Origin: a bacterium
GTDB taxonomy: Bacteria > Oederibacteriota > PGYV01
Direction of reading: 5' to 3'
NCBI GenBank assembly: GCA_029565735.1
Contig: JAKQNO010000032.1
Span: 1,693 to 65,692, forward strand
Length of the DNA stretch: 64,000 bases
Below are positions 1 through 10,372 of this stretch, piece by piece. The notes beneath the pieces are model-generated. The model had not been told where the DNA came from, made no database searches, and worked only from the letters and a program-made list of their open reading frames with translations. The position numbers were made by a program, and so were the translations under genes. Positions within the stretch are counted from its first letter, which is position 1. Every line of letters begins with the position of its first letter.

Positions 1-765
1 ATTCTTGCAGTTCTGTTTTCATTTTCAATGCTTTTTGCGGGGTATAAAGAAAATGTGACAGCAGGGGTTAAGGCGTATAAATCAAAGAACTACGCGGCGG
101 CGCTGAAATATTTCAGGGCTGCATATGCTGAAAAAGAAAGCCCAAAGCTTAAACAGTACATCACAATGCTTGAAAAAAAGGTGCAGGAATCGGGCGACGA
201 CCTTCTTGAAGAAGCCGGCGTTGATTCCGAATTTTCGGGCTGGTCCACAAAGCAGAATGTTGTGGGGTTAAACACCGTGTTTATCTTCAGCGGCGTTTTT
301 GGTTTAAGGTATGAAAGGCAGATACTAAACAATCTTGGTATAGGATTAGAAGGCGGCTACGCATGGACGGGCGGTTCGGTCAGCGCGCCGGAAGGAAGCA
401 GTTCTGTTTCGGGTTCCGGTTTTGTAGCGGGCGGTTTTGTTAACTGGTACCCGCAGCAGCATGCTTTAAACGCGTGGTATCTGGGGCCTGAATTCTACTA
501 TTACTCTTATTCTCTTAAATACGACCTTACAACTACTGATTACTATTACGGGACAACCGAAACAGAGACGATAAATTTGAATTACACAATGATTACATTC
601 GGCGGACACGGCGGTTACAGGTGGATTTTTGACAACGGTATTGGAATTGATTTATCGCTTGGAATATCAATGCTTAATGCCGGGAATATAGAAATGGCCG
701 GCGTGAAAATGGCGTTAACCGGCATTATACCTACCTTTGCCGCGCTTGCTTCATACGCGTTTTAA
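1..765 (+). CDS. Outer-membrane beta-barrel protein with an N-terminal TPR-like helical module. The 5' end lies outside the window.
   Basis: The frame is open from position 1 and the hydrophobic signal-like stretch continues upstream, so the ATG at 28 is internal. The N-terminal motif KSKNYAAALKYFRAAY is TPR-like. The Gly/Tyr-rich segment with alternating beta-strand pattern ends in a C-terminal Phe (ASYAF), which is typical of OMP barrels. Confidence 0.55.
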   Translation: MLAVLFSFSMLFAGYKENVTAGVKAYKSKNYAAALKYFRAAYAEKESPKLKQYITMLEKKVQESGDDLLEEAGVDSEFSGWSTKQNVVGLNTVFIFSGVFGLRYERQILNNLGIGLEGGYAWTGGSVSAPEGSSSVSGSGFVAGGFVNWYPQQHALNAWYLGPEFYYYSYSLKYDLTTTDYYYGTTETETINLNYTMITFGGHGGYRWIFDNGIGIDLSLGISMLNAGNIEMAGVKMALTGIIPTFAALASYAF

Positions 766-771
766 ATAAAT

Positions 772-1230
772 ATGCGAAGGAACGACAAGCAGATTCAGGA
801 TAAACAGGAAATAGAAGATATACTGGCTCTGGGAAAAGTCATAAGAGTGGCTTTTTCCGGAGCCGAACCTTACCTTGTACCGCTGAATTACGGATATAAA
901 AAAGGGGTAATTTACGTACATTCCGCGCCTGAAGGCAAAAAAATACGCCTTATAAAAGACAACCCCAAAGTTGCCTTTGAAGTGACAGTTGATGATTCGC
1001 TTAAAACAGGGGAAACCGCCTGCGCGTTTGGGTATAAATACAGGTGCGTAATTGGCAGCGGTACAGCTTTAATTATTGAAGATGAATGGGAAAAGATATC
1101 GGGTTTAAACATCCTTATGAAACAGCAGGCAGGGCTTCATAATCCCATGTATGAAAAAGAAATGACGGATAAAGTGGCGGTTTTAAAGATAATAATAGGG
1201 GAAATGACCGGTAAAAAGTCCGGTTTTTAA
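772..1230 (+). CDS. Pyridoxamine 5'-phosphate oxidase-like FMN-binding protein (Pyridox_ox_2 / NimA-like family)
   Basis: The 152-aa product matches the family pattern PYLVPLNYGY..VIYVHSA.EGKK...NPKVAFEV, which is characteristic of the PNPOx-like split-barrel flavoproteins. Confidence 0.6.
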   Translation: MRRNDKQIQDKQEIEDILALGKVIRVAFSGAEPYLVPLNYGYKKGVIYVHSAPEGKKIRLIKDNPKVAFEVTVDDSLKTGETACAFGYKYRCVIGSGTALIIEDEWEKISGLNILMKQQAGLHNPMYEKEMTDKVAVLKIIIGEMTGKKSGF

Positions 1231-1328
1231 CCGTTTAAACCTTGAAAAATAAGTCAAATTAAATTTGATTTTTACCTTAAAACACCGTATAATCTAAACA
1301 TAATTCATTTATCAGGAGATAAAAAATC

Positions 1329-4300
1329 ATGATGAAAAAAGCTTATGGTATTTGCCTTGGCGCTTCAACAATAAGCGCGGTTGAACTTGGGCGCAATAAT
1401 GACAAGACAGAGGTCTTAAAGGTAATAAGAAAAGAGCACGACGGCAATCCCAAAGAGGTTTTTGTTGAAGTGGTAAAAGAACTTAACACGGGCGATGCCC
1501 CTGTATTGGTAACAGGCAGAAGGTTTCGCACGTATGTAAACCTTCCTTCCATTACCGAACCTGAAGCTGTTGAAGAAGCCCTGCAGTTGATTTCTCCCAA
1601 AGGCGAAAAGTTTGACGCCGTGGTATCTGCCGGCGGCGAAACATTCATGGTCTACCGTCTTGATTCCAATTTAAGGATAGCGGGTATTTCCACCGGAAAT
1701 AAATGCGCGTCAGGCACAGGCGAATTTTTCCTGCAGCAGATAAAAAGGATGGACCTTGGCCTTGAAACAGCAATTGAAACCGCGTTAAACGGCGAACCTT
1801 ACGCGGTATCCGGAAGATGTTCCGTATTCTGCAAATCAGACTGCACGCACGCGTTAAACAAAGGCGTTCCCGTGGGCAATGTGGCGGCGGGCCTGTGCGA
1901 AATGATAGCGGAAAAAATTGTTGAACTTGTCGTAAAAGTACCGCACGAGAAAATAATGATAACAGGCGGAACAGCCCTTAACTCCGCGGTTATTAAATAC
2001 GTAAAAGAACACCTTGAAAACGTCACTGTGCCGAAAGAAGCGCCCTATGTTGAAGCGCTTGGCGCGGCAATGGCGGCTTTTGAAAAGGGAAAAGCGGTTT
2101 CAAAGGAAATGTTTAATGAAGGGGTAACAAGTTTTACGACTTTATTGCCCCTTAAAGAAGCGGAAAAACTTGTCACGTTTAACAAGTCAGAACGCGGCGT
2201 GTTAAAGGAAGGCGACAGGTGCATTCTTGGCCTTGATGTCGGTTCAACCACAACAAAAGCAGTGCTGTTAAGGGAAAAAGACGACAGGATACTTGCGGAT
2301 ATTTATTTAAGGACAAACGGCAATCCCATAGAGGCTTCGCGCAAATGCTATGAAAGCATACTGGAGCAGATGAAGGGCGTTAAGGCCAATATAACCGGGA
2401 TAGGCGTCACAGGTTCCGGAAGGCAGATTGCCGGGCTTTATTCGCTTACCGACGGCATTATTAACGAAATTATCGCGCACGCGGCGGCCGCGGTTTATTA
2501 TGACAAAGACGTTGATACAATTTTTGAAATAGGCGGGCAGGATGCTAAGTACACGCATATCACCGCCGGCGTGGCGTCAGATTACGCCATGAACGAAGCG
2601 TGCTCCGCCGGAACAGGTTCTTTCCTTGAAGAAGCCGCTTATGAATCGCTTGGCGTGGATTACAGGGAAATTGCTGATGTTGCCATTAAGGCGAAAAGGC
2701 CGCCAAATTTCAATGACCAGTGCGCGGCTTTTATATCTTCAGACATTAAAAACGCAAGCCATGAAGGAATTACAAAAGAAGACATTCTTGCAGGGCTTGT
2801 GTATTCAATATGTTTTAACTATGTAAACAGGGTAAAAGGCCACAGGCCGGTAGGCAATAAAGTCTTTATGCAGGGCGGCGTGTGTTATAACAAGGCGGTT
2901 CCGCTTGCAATGGCCGCTATCACGCAGAAACCCATTATAGTGCCGCCTGATCCGGGCCTTATGGGCGCCTTTGGCGTAGCGCTTGAAATAAAAAAGCGCC
3001 TTGCGCTTGGACTTTTAAAAGAAGAAAATTTTGACCTTGAAAAGATTATAGGCCGCCAGGTAATCAACGAAAAACCGTTTGTCTGCGCCGGCGGAAAAGA
3101 AAAGTGCGACTTAAAGTGCAAAATTAATATGATCCGCATAGAAGATAAAGTGTATCCCTTTGGCGGCGCCTGCAACAGGTACTATAACCAGAGGTTTAAG
3201 ATAAACGTGGACGCCGAAAAACTTGACTTTGTGTCAGCAAGAAACAAACTGGCTTTTGAAAAATACTGCCCCGCGCTGCCGGTTGATGAGAAAGCGCCTT
3301 CAATAGGGATAAACAGAAGCTTTATAGTGCACCAGATTTTCCCGCTTTATTACAATTTCTTTTCAACGCTTGGATGCAGGATAATAACATCAGAAGAGAT
3401 GGACGAAGACGCGCTGCACAAACAGACCACGTCTTTCTGCTATCCGGCGCAGGTTTCGCTTGCTATGTTTTCTGACCTTATTTCCAAAAATCCGGATTAT
3501 TACTTCATGCCGCACGTTGAAGAAATGAACGTGGAAAACGGCGAACCAAGAAAAGAATTTTCCGCGACCTGTATCTTCACGCAGGGCGAAGCTTTCTGGA
3601 TGAAGCAGATATTCAGGGATAAAGGCATTGAAAGCAAAATGATAAACCCCACGCTGAATTTCGCGAAGGGTTATGAAACTGAAAAAGCCAAGTTTGTGGA
3701 AATAGGAAAAAAGTTAGGGTTTACAGCCGCAAAATCCGCCGAAGCTTTTGAAAAAGCGCTGTCAGTACAGGCGGCGTACAGGGAAGAAAAGAAAAAACTT
3801 GGCCGCGAAGTCATTGAAGAACTGCACAAGCACCCGGAACAGACAGCGGTTGTGCTTTTTGGCGCACCTCATAACGCCTTTAACGACGATACAAACAAAG
3901 GCATACCTAAAAAGCTTACCACGCGCGGTTACATGGTAATACCGTTTGACATTCTGCCGACAGAACATGAAATAATTGTGGACCCGCATGACGGCTATAT
4001 GCACTGGGAAATAGGGCAGAAAATAATCAAAGGTTCCCAGATAGTAAAAAGGGACAACCAGCTTTTTGGAATGTACATAACCAATTTCCTCTGCGCCATT
4101 GATTCGCTGCTTGTGACATATTTCAGGCGCATAATGAACCAGAAGCCGTCACTGACCCTTGAAATAGACGGCCATACCGCTGACGCGGGAATTGACACAA
4201 GGGTGGAAGCTTTTATTGATGTTGTTAAAAATTACCTTGAAATAACAAAAAAAGAACAGAAACCTGCACATTCATCCTATGTTCCGGCGCGCATACTTGT

Positions 4301-5645
4301 TGAAAATACAGGGATGTCCTTTATTGATTCCGAAGGGGAAAAATTTAAACTTACCGACAGCCGCGTAAAGATGATTCTTCCCAACATGGGTGACCTGCCG
4401 ACTCCGCTTGTGGCGGCTGTATTCAGAAAAGTGGGAATCAACACCGAAGCCATGGGCGTTGCTGACAAGGAAACTTTAAGGCTTGGAAGAAGCGTCACCA
4501 CAGGAAAAGAATGCCTTCCAATGGTGTTGTGCATTGGTTCCATGCTTAAATACCTTGAAACAAGGACAAACAAAGATGAAAAACTTGTGGTGTTTCAGCC
4601 AAGGGCCGCGGGCTATTGCAGGCTTGGACAGTACCACGTTTTCATGAACATGCTGATTAAAGAAAGAAAGATTAAGGATGTGGCGCTGTTATCGCTTGCC
4701 AATGAAGAACGCTACACAGGTTTTGGCCCCAAGCTTATGATAAACGCATGGTATGCGCTTTTAGCCGGCGATGTGCTTGATGATATAAGAAACACAATCT
4801 GGACAATAGCCAAAGACCCAATTTCAGGCGAGGAAATACTGAATCAGGAACATAAAAAAATAGAAGCAGCCCTTGACGGGTCATCAGGAATAGATTTTTA
4901 TAAGCAGATAAAAATGTCTTCCAAAGTGCTGTCGCAGATACCGCTTAAGATGAAGCTGCACGAAGCTCCTGAAGTTTCAATCATGGGAGAAATATTTGTC
5001 AGAAGGGATACATTCTCTAACAAGGGAATTGCCAAACGCCTGGCAGAAAAGGGTTTCATTGCCAGAACCGCGCACATTTCCGAATGGCTGTATTACCTGA
5101 CGTACATGATAGAAAACAAACTTCACATACCGGAATACACAATGCTTGGCTGGCTTGAATACAAAATCACCGATGCCACGCAGCGTTATATGGAAATGAA
5201 AGTTAAAAAGATTTTTGAAAAATCCGGCCTGTATGAAGCGGAACCCGTTGATATTGACGACATTGTAAGGTATTCGGAGCATATCCTTCCCAAAACCTTA
5301 AAAGGCGAACCGGGAATGATTATGGGCGTGACCATGCGCGATGTATTTAACAAATACGCGGGCGTGGTTAATATAGGGCCTTTTTCGTGCATGCCTGTCA
5401 GGTTTACGGAAGCCGTCATTTCCAACAGCCTTGATATGAAAGGCAAAAAGGAAGCGTACAAATCCGCGGGCGAAAAATTTGATCAGGGCGCGTTCGGCGA
5501 TGAAGACAGAATGCCGTTTTTAACCATTGAAGCCGACGGCAATCCGTATCCGCAGCTTTTAGAAGCGCGTTTTGACAGCTTCAGCCTTCAGGCGGCAAGG
5601 GTGGCGGAAAAGCAGGGCAAGAAGGTTGCCGTAAAAGTAAATTGA
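1329..5645 (+). CDS. Acyl-CoA dehydratase activase-related fusion protein (two BadF/BadG/BcrA/BcrD-type ATPase domains plus a HgdB/DUF2229-like C-terminal region)
   Basis: The 1438-aa product carries two actin-fold ATPase modules, with the motifs GICLGASTISAV near residue 8 and LGLDVGSTTTKAVLL near residue 300. The C-terminal ~850 aa are Cys-rich and resemble the 2-hydroxyglutaryl-CoA dehydratase D-component. Strong RBS (aggaga) upstream. Confidence 0.75.
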   Translation: MMKKAYGICLGASTISAVELGRNNDKTEVLKVIRKEHDGNPKEVFVEVVKELNTGDAPVLVTGRRFRTYVNLPSITEPEAVEEALQLISPKGEKFDAVVSAGGETFMVYRLDSNLRIAGISTGNKCASGTGEFFLQQIKRMDLGLETAIETALNGEPYAVSGRCSVFCKSDCTHALNKGVPVGNVAAGLCEMIAEKIVELVVKVPHEKIMITGGTALNSAVIKYVKEHLENVTVPKEAPYVEALGAAMAAFEKGKAVSKEMFNEGVTSFTTLLPLKEAEKLVTFNKSERGVLKEGDRCILGLDVGSTTTKAVLLREKDDRILADIYLRTNGNPIEASRKCYESILEQMKGVKANITGIGVTGSGRQIAGLYSLTDGIINEIIAHAAAAVYYDKDVDTIFEIGGQDAKYTHITAGVASDYAMNEACSAGTGSFLEEAAYESLGVDYREIADVAIKAKRPPNFNDQCAAFISSDIKNASHEGITKEDILAGLVYSICFNYVNRVKGHRPVGNKVFMQGGVCYNKAVPLAMAAITQKPIIVPPDPGLMGAFGVALEIKKRLALGLLKEENFDLEKIIGRQVINEKPFVCAGGKEKCDLKCKINMIRIEDKVYPFGGACNRYYNQRFKINVDAEKLDFVSARNKLAFEKYCPALPVDEKAPSIGINRSFIVHQIFPLYYNFFSTLGCRIITSEEMDEDALHKQTTSFCYPAQVSLAMFSDLISKNPDYYFMPHVEEMNVENGEPRKEFSATCIFTQGEAFWMKQIFRDKGIESKMINPTLNFAKGYETEKAKFVEIGKKLGFTAAKSAEAFEKALSVQAAYREEKKKLGREVIEELHKHPEQTAVVLFGAPHNAFNDDTNKGIPKKLTTRGYMVIPFDILPTEHEIIVDPHDGYMHWEIGQKIIKGSQIVKRDNQLFGMYITNFLCAIDSLLVTYFRRIMNQKPSLTLEIDGHTADAGIDTRVEAFIDVVKNYLEITKKEQKPAHSSYVPARILVENTGMSFIDSEGEKFKLTDSRVKMILPNMGDLPTPLVAAVFRKVGINTEAMGVADKETLRLGRSVTTGKECLPMVLCIGSMLKYLETRTNKDEKLVVFQPRAAGYCRLGQYHVFMNMLIKERKIKDVALLSLANEERYTGFGPKLMINAWYALLAGDVLDDIRNTIWTIAKDPISGEEILNQEHKKIEAALDGSSGIDFYKQIKMSSKVLSQIPLKMKLHEAPEVSIMGEIFVRRDTFSNKGIAKRLAEKGFIARTAHISEWLYYLTYMIENKLHIPEYTMLGWLEYKITDATQRYMEMKVKKIFEKSGLYEAEPVDIDDIVRYSEHILPKTLKGEPGMIMGVTMRDVFNKYAGVVNIGPFSCMPVRFTEAVISNSLDMKGKKEAYKSAGEKFDQGAFGDEDRMPFLTIEADGNPYPQLLEARFDSFSLQAARVAEKQGKKVAVKVN

Positions 5646-5670
5646 AAACTAAATTGAATTAACATAAAAA

Positions 5671-5698
5671 GCGCGGACTTTGTGTCCGCGCTTTTTTT
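5671..5698 (+). terminator. Rho-independent terminator
   Basis: gcgcggac-tttgt-gtccgcgc followed by a T7 run, directly after the stop of the large CDS. Confidence 0.7.
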
Positions 5699-5713
5699 AT
5701 TCAGGAGTTTATA

Positions 5714-6421
5714 ATGAATAGTGAAATTCGAGTGATTTATGAAGATGAAGATTACGCGGTGGTTGAAAAACAGGCGGGTGTTTTAACCATTCCGGACAGG
5801 TATAAGCCGGAACTTTTTAACCTTTACGCCGCGCTTAATGAAAAATACCAAAAAATATTCATTGTCCACAGGCTGGATAAGGATACAAGCGGAGTAATTG
5901 TTTTCGCGAAAAACGCAGAAGCGCACAGGGATTTAAGCATTAAGTTTGAAAAAGGGGAGGCGCACAAAACTTACCTTGCCGTATTAAAGGGGGTTCCGGA
6001 AAAAGAAAAAGGGATTATTGACCTGCCCCTTGCGCCGTTAAAAAATTATAAAAACATAATGGCCGTGAATTATAAAGTCGGCAAGAAAGCTTTGACAACA
6101 TACAGGATACTGCAAAAGTATAACGGCTACTCTTTAGCAGAGGTAAAACTGTTGACAGGCAGGATGCACCAGATAAGGGCGCATTTTCGGGCTATAGGCA
6201 ATCCTCTTGCGCTGGATGTTTTATATAATGACAAACATAAAACAAAAATAACAGCCGGAGAGATTCTGGGAACTGATGATAACAGGGAAGTAATCGCCAG
6301 GCTTACGCTTCACGCGGCACAACTGGAGTTTAAGGGAATACAAGGCAACAGTTTTAAATTCGGCGCGCCGCTGCCTTCGGATATGGTTTTACTGATAAGA
6401 ACCCTTCAAAAAACCGCATAA
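5714..6421 (+). CDS. RluA-family 23S/tRNA pseudouridine synthase (no S4 domain)
   Basis: Contains the catalytic HRLDKDTSG motif and the GRMHQIRAH motif. Length is 235 aa. Confidence 0.8.
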   Translation: MNSEIRVIYEDEDYAVVEKQAGVLTIPDRYKPELFNLYAALNEKYQKIFIVHRLDKDTSGVIVFAKNAEAHRDLSIKFEKGEAHKTYLAVLKGVPEKEKGIIDLPLAPLKNYKNIMAVNYKVGKKALTTYRILQKYNGYSLAEVKLLTGRMHQIRAHFRAIGNPLALDVLYNDKHKTKITAGEILGTDDNREVIARLTLHAAQLEFKGIQGNSFKFGAPLPSDMVLLIRTLQKTA

Positions 6422-6556
6422 ACACTATTCCATATTCTGAAATAGGTTAAACGGTTAACCTACATGCTTAAAAACAACATAAAAAAATTTGACATTATAC
6501 CATTTAAACGGTTAAACTTATATTGAAAGTGAAACACCGTTCCGGAGTATAAAAGA

Positions 6557-6569
6557 TTTTAACGTTAAA
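6557..6569. promoter_or_regulatory. Palindrome ttttaacgttaaa upstream of the secreted-protein gene (putative operator)
   Basis: Perfect inverted repeat centred on AACGTT. The same motif recurs at 15371-15384 upstream of the GH9 gene. Direct repeats ttaaacggttaa(a)c occur at 6447 and 6504. Confidence 0.3.
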
Positions 6570-6622
6570 TTGAATTTAGGGGAATTTATGACTGATATAT
6601 TCGGCAAAAAGGAGGTAATTGT

Positions 6623-9600
6623 ATGATTAAAAAAATGCCAGTATTTTTATTAATGGCCTTTTTAATACCTTCATTACTTTTTGCAGAACCAAGAATAAAC
6701 AGTTTTTCGATGAACCCTCCTAATCCTTCTTTTGGCGATACGGTTACTGTTCACGTTGAATACTGCGCGCAGAATTATAATTCAGGATGGATGGCGCTTG
6801 CGATAAGCACTCAGCCGGTAAGGGTAAACGCGGCGCTGTCAGGCGTGGGCCAGGTTTTTGTAATTTCACGCGCCGGATTTGATGTGCCGACATCAAGGCC
6901 TGCCACGACACAGGGCGGTGTTATAGGGTATCAGGTAAGCACAACTACAACAGCCGCACCTGTCTGCAATGACTGCAACAGCACAAATCCAAACGGCCAG
7001 CTTTATGTTGAAGACTGGGTTGTTCATGTTCCTACGGCTGATAATTTTCCGGGATGCGTTGTTGACAACCTTTATATGCACATTGGATTCAAAGATAATA
7101 ATATGAACGAAAGCGACTGGCATAACCTGCAGCAGCCTGCATGCGCGGGCGCGTCGCTTACGTGGTCAATGCCTCTTTTGCCTTCGGAGTTCAATATAAG
7201 AAAAAGGGTTGAAGGCGTAATTCAGGAACAAAACGACCTTGTTTTATTTTCTGTGGATTACTCTTATTCCAACGGAAGGCTTACTATAACAGATACAATT
7301 CCATCCGCGTGGGGAGGCGATCTTGAACTTGTATCTTTTGGCCCGACTTCGGTAACCGGTGGAATAGTAAGCGGCCCTAATCCCGGTGATAAAAGTGGAA
7401 CTTTTTCCTGGACGCTTCCCGACAGGACAGGCGTTAAAGGAGTTGCTGAAGGAACGGTGTGGATGCTTTACCGGCTTACAACCACGGTGCCTGTGGGCGC
7501 GCCAAGGACATACACAAATACCGTAAACGGAACTATGGGCGGAATATCAAAATCGGATGATGCTTCAATTATAACCGGGCAGGCCGCCATTGACCTTGAA
7601 AAAAGGCAAAGTCAGACGCTTGCGTATCCCGGTGATATAGTCACATATACGCTTGAATATAATATTAACGGTTCAAAGTTAATTGCATACCAGCCGTTTG
7701 ATGATATAAGCGGCGTTTATACTTCAACTCCGCCTGCGGGCTGGGGTTTTTTACCGCAGAACAGTACAAACGGAACCTGGACGGTAAGCGATGTATGTAA
7801 TACGGGAGACAGGGTAATAACCGGAAAAGTTTCAAGTGAAGCATATCCGGCAATGATTTATACCGCGCAGCCGTTCTGCGAAGGGACAATTGTGGCGGAT
7901 GCCTTAATTAATCCCGGTAATACAGGGACAGCCCAGTACGAAGGTTCTGACGCGCTTATTATAATAAGAAACAACGGGCAGCCGGGAAATCTTAATATGG
8001 CTTATGCTCTGGGTATTTCAATTGATGATAACTTTGGAAATAATCCAAACGGGAATGTAGGTTTCCAGAAATGCGTAAATGGAGGTACCTGCACGTGGCC
8101 TTTGTCCGTTAATAATATTCAGATAGTTGGAAATAAATGGTACAGGGTAAAAATAGATGTGGAAGGTGTTACATTCAGGGCAAAGGTATGGCCAAAAGGT
8201 GATTTAGAGCCCACAGGATATACAATAACATGGACAGACCCTGCACCTGCGGGCATGACATGTGATCCGGCTAATCCCGCGGGCTGGTATGCCGGAATAG
8301 GCGAACAGGGCGGGGCAATGGGTTCCACGCAGGACAGTTATAATAATTTTATGTTATATGAACCAAGGATAGCCGAAGACGCAGTTTTATATGATACGGT
8401 TCCCGCGGATATTGATTATGTGGGTGCAAGCTCTGCTCCTGCCGTTAATCCCAACTCGTTAAGTCCTCCCATGGTCAGATGGAACTTAAACGACATTATG
8501 AATGAAGGCGGTTCTTTTACCTGGTGGGGCGAAGTAATCGGCTGCGGCCCTATTACAAACGTGGGCGCCATTGACGCCAATGACCCGGTACTGCCCGTGC
8601 TTTCCAACAGGGTGGTAATGAGCGTTTACTGCGGTTCGCCCACGGTAACGCCGACTGTAACCGTCACAATGACTTCAACGCCCACAAGAACCAGCACTCC
8701 GACGGCCACAATGACTGCCACCAGGACGGTTACAAATACAGCAACGCCGACAAGGACGGTAACCGAAACAAGCACGGTTACGGTAACGCGCACAGCCACG
8801 CCCACTTCAACGGCAACAAGGACAATAACAGACACCGCGACGCCGACGGTCACGTTTACCGTATCTGCGACAAGGACAGCGACAAGGACGATAACTGACA
8901 CAGCAACGCCTACTGTATCTTTTACACACACGCCTACTGCAACGCCCACATCAACCATCACTGTAACCAGGACCAATACGCCTTCCAATACGCCCACGCC
9001 GACAATAACGCAGACATATTGGGAATCAATGACAAACACGCCCACTATTACAATAACAAGGACGGCAACGCCCACTGCCACAGAGACAAAAACAGTGACG
9101 TTTACGTCCACAATGACAGACACAAAAACTGTAACAGCGACAAGGACCGCGACTCCCACTGTCACGGTAACGCATATGGACACGGCAACAGACACTCCGA
9201 CGGTTACAATGACAAGGACCGCGACGCCGACGCACACGCAGACTTTAACGGCAACCCCAACTTTTACAATGACAGCTACAAGGACAAATACATTAACAGT
9301 AACGCCAACATCCACAGAGACGGACACGCCTACCATTACAATTACTGTCACGGATACCTTTACAATGACCGCGACACCCACAATTACCCCAAGCCCCACT
9401 ATTACCGCCACGCTTCCGCCTTTTCCTTACATTTTGAGGATAGGAGTATTCAATGAAGCAGGGGAAAGGGTGCGGCTTATATGTTCTGTCCCCACGAATA
9501 AACTGATGGAAGATGTAATGTTTTTGTCAGACGGCAGGGATACGGATGTCATAAGCAATGGGGTGGATATTACCATAACCTTAAACGGCGTTGAAACTCC

Positions 9601-10372
9601 GTTTAATATTGGCGAAGGTCATTCATCATTCATCTGGGACGGAAAAAATGACCAGGCCCAGTTTGTTTCAAACGGGCCGTACTACATTAAATTGGAACAG
9701 CTTGATGAATACGGGCATACGACATCATTAATAAAAGACATACAGTCCATCCGCTATGAAGAAGGCGTGGAAGGAAGAATATATAACGCGGCCGGAGAGC
9801 TTGTAAAGGTTATACGCGATACAACAGGGGTTAAAGCGGATAAAGTGGCGCTTAAAATTCAGGATATGATAGTTTTAGAGCCGGGGAATTCAAAGATAAA
9901 ACTGTATTATAATGAGGATCAGCATCTTGAATGGGACGGTACGAATGAAGCCGGCCTTGCCGTAAGTTCGGGGACGTATGAAATTCAGGTCATAATGAAG
10001 ACAGCGGAAGGCAAAGTTATTGAAGCGTCCAAGAGCGTGATAATATTGATAGAAAAGGCATCCTATCTTGCGGACCCGATTATCGCGCCTAATCCGGCGA
10101 ATCATAAGTATGGAAAGACAGTTATAATGTGGGATCCTGCGGCAATATTCGGAATGGCAGCCGCCAAAGGGGTTATGGAATTAAGAATTTACGCTGTCAC
10201 AGGCGAAATGGTGAAGGAAATAAGGTGCGGCCTGCAGGACGGAATGACTGTATGGGATTTAAAATCCGAATCAGGCGCGCTTGTGGCAAACGGCGTATAT
10301 ATAGTCCTGCTTGAAGCTGTCCGCGAAGACGGACAGATTAACAGGAAAAAGATAAAAATGGCTGTTAATTAA
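6623..10372 (+). CDS. Large secreted protein: ~640-aa N-terminal domain with a DUF11-like repeat, ~260-aa Thr/Pro linker, and three FlgD-Ig / T9SS-type C-terminal repeats
   Basis: Signal peptide MIKKMPVFLLMAFLIPSLLFA. The low-complexity linker is of the form TPTxTxT. The C-terminal ~90 aa (NPANHKYGKTVIMW...ELRIYAVTGEMVKEI...WDLKSESGALVANGVYIVLLEA) fit the Por-secretion C-terminal-domain pattern. Confidence 0.7.
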   Translation: MIKKMPVFLLMAFLIPSLLFAEPRINSFSMNPPNPSFGDTVTVHVEYCAQNYNSGWMALAISTQPVRVNAALSGVGQVFVISRAGFDVPTSRPATTQGGVIGYQVSTTTTAAPVCNDCNSTNPNGQLYVEDWVVHVPTADNFPGCVVDNLYMHIGFKDNNMNESDWHNLQQPACAGASLTWSMPLLPSEFNIRKRVEGVIQEQNDLVLFSVDYSYSNGRLTITDTIPSAWGGDLELVSFGPTSVTGGIVSGPNPGDKSGTFSWTLPDRTGVKGVAEGTVWMLYRLTTTVPVGAPRTYTNTVNGTMGGISKSDDASIITGQAAIDLEKRQSQTLAYPGDIVTYTLEYNINGSKLIAYQPFDDISGVYTSTPPAGWGFLPQNSTNGTWTVSDVCNTGDRVITGKVSSEAYPAMIYTAQPFCEGTIVADALINPGNTGTAQYEGSDALIIIRNNGQPGNLNMAYALGISIDDNFGNNPNGNVGFQKCVNGGTCTWPLSVNNIQIVGNKWYRVKIDVEGVTFRAKVWPKGDLEPTGYTITWTDPAPAGMTCDPANPAGWYAGIGEQGGAMGSTQDSYNNFMLYEPRIAEDAVLYDTVPADIDYVGASSAPAVNPNSLSPPMVRWNLNDIMNEGGSFTWWGEVIGCGPITNVGAIDANDPVLPVLSNRVVMSVYCGSPTVTPTVTVTMTSTPTRTSTPTATMTATRTVTNTATPTRTVTETSTVTVTRTATPTSTATRTITDTATPTVTFTVSATRTATRTITDTATPTVSFTHTPTATPTSTITVTRTNTPSNTPTPTITQTYWESMTNTPTITITRTATPTATETKTVTFTSTMTDTKTVTATRTATPTVTVTHMDTATDTPTVTMTRTATPTHTQTLTATPTFTMTATRTNTLTVTPTSTETDTPTITITVTDTFTMTATPTITPSPTITATLPPFPYILRIGVFNEAGERVRLICSVPTNKLMEDVMFLSDGRDTDVISNGVDITITLNGVETPFNIGEGHSSFIWDGKNDQAQFVSNGPYYIKLEQLDEYGHTTSLIKDIQSIRYEEGVEGRIYNAAGELVKVIRDTTGVKADKVALKIQDMIVLEPGNSKIKLYYNEDQHLEWDGTNEAGLAVSSGTYEIQVIMKTAEGKVIEASKSVIILIEKASYLADPIIAPNPANHKYGKTVIMWDPAAIFGMAAAKGVMELRIYAVTGEMVKEIRCGLQDGMTVWDLKSESGALVANGVYIVLLEAVREDGQINRKKIKMAVN
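8639..9434 (+). repeat. Coding low-complexity region (Thr/Pro-rich TPT linker)
   Basis: Imperfect ACGCCGAC(A/G)-type codon repeats encode ~260 aa of T/P/A/V only. Spurious antisense ORFs (8626-9411 minus strand, 9019-9456 plus strand) arise from this composition. Confidence 0.6.

Noticed and set aside
8626-9411. 261-aa minus-strand ORF made of Val/Gly/Ala. The overlapping plus-strand ORF 9019-9456 and the ORFs 39067-39561 (plus strand) and 39076-39681 (minus strand) are similar.
   Set aside because: These are alternative or antisense frames of the Thr/Pro linker coding repeats. Their composition is extreme and they lack an RBS. They are artefacts of low-complexity sequence.
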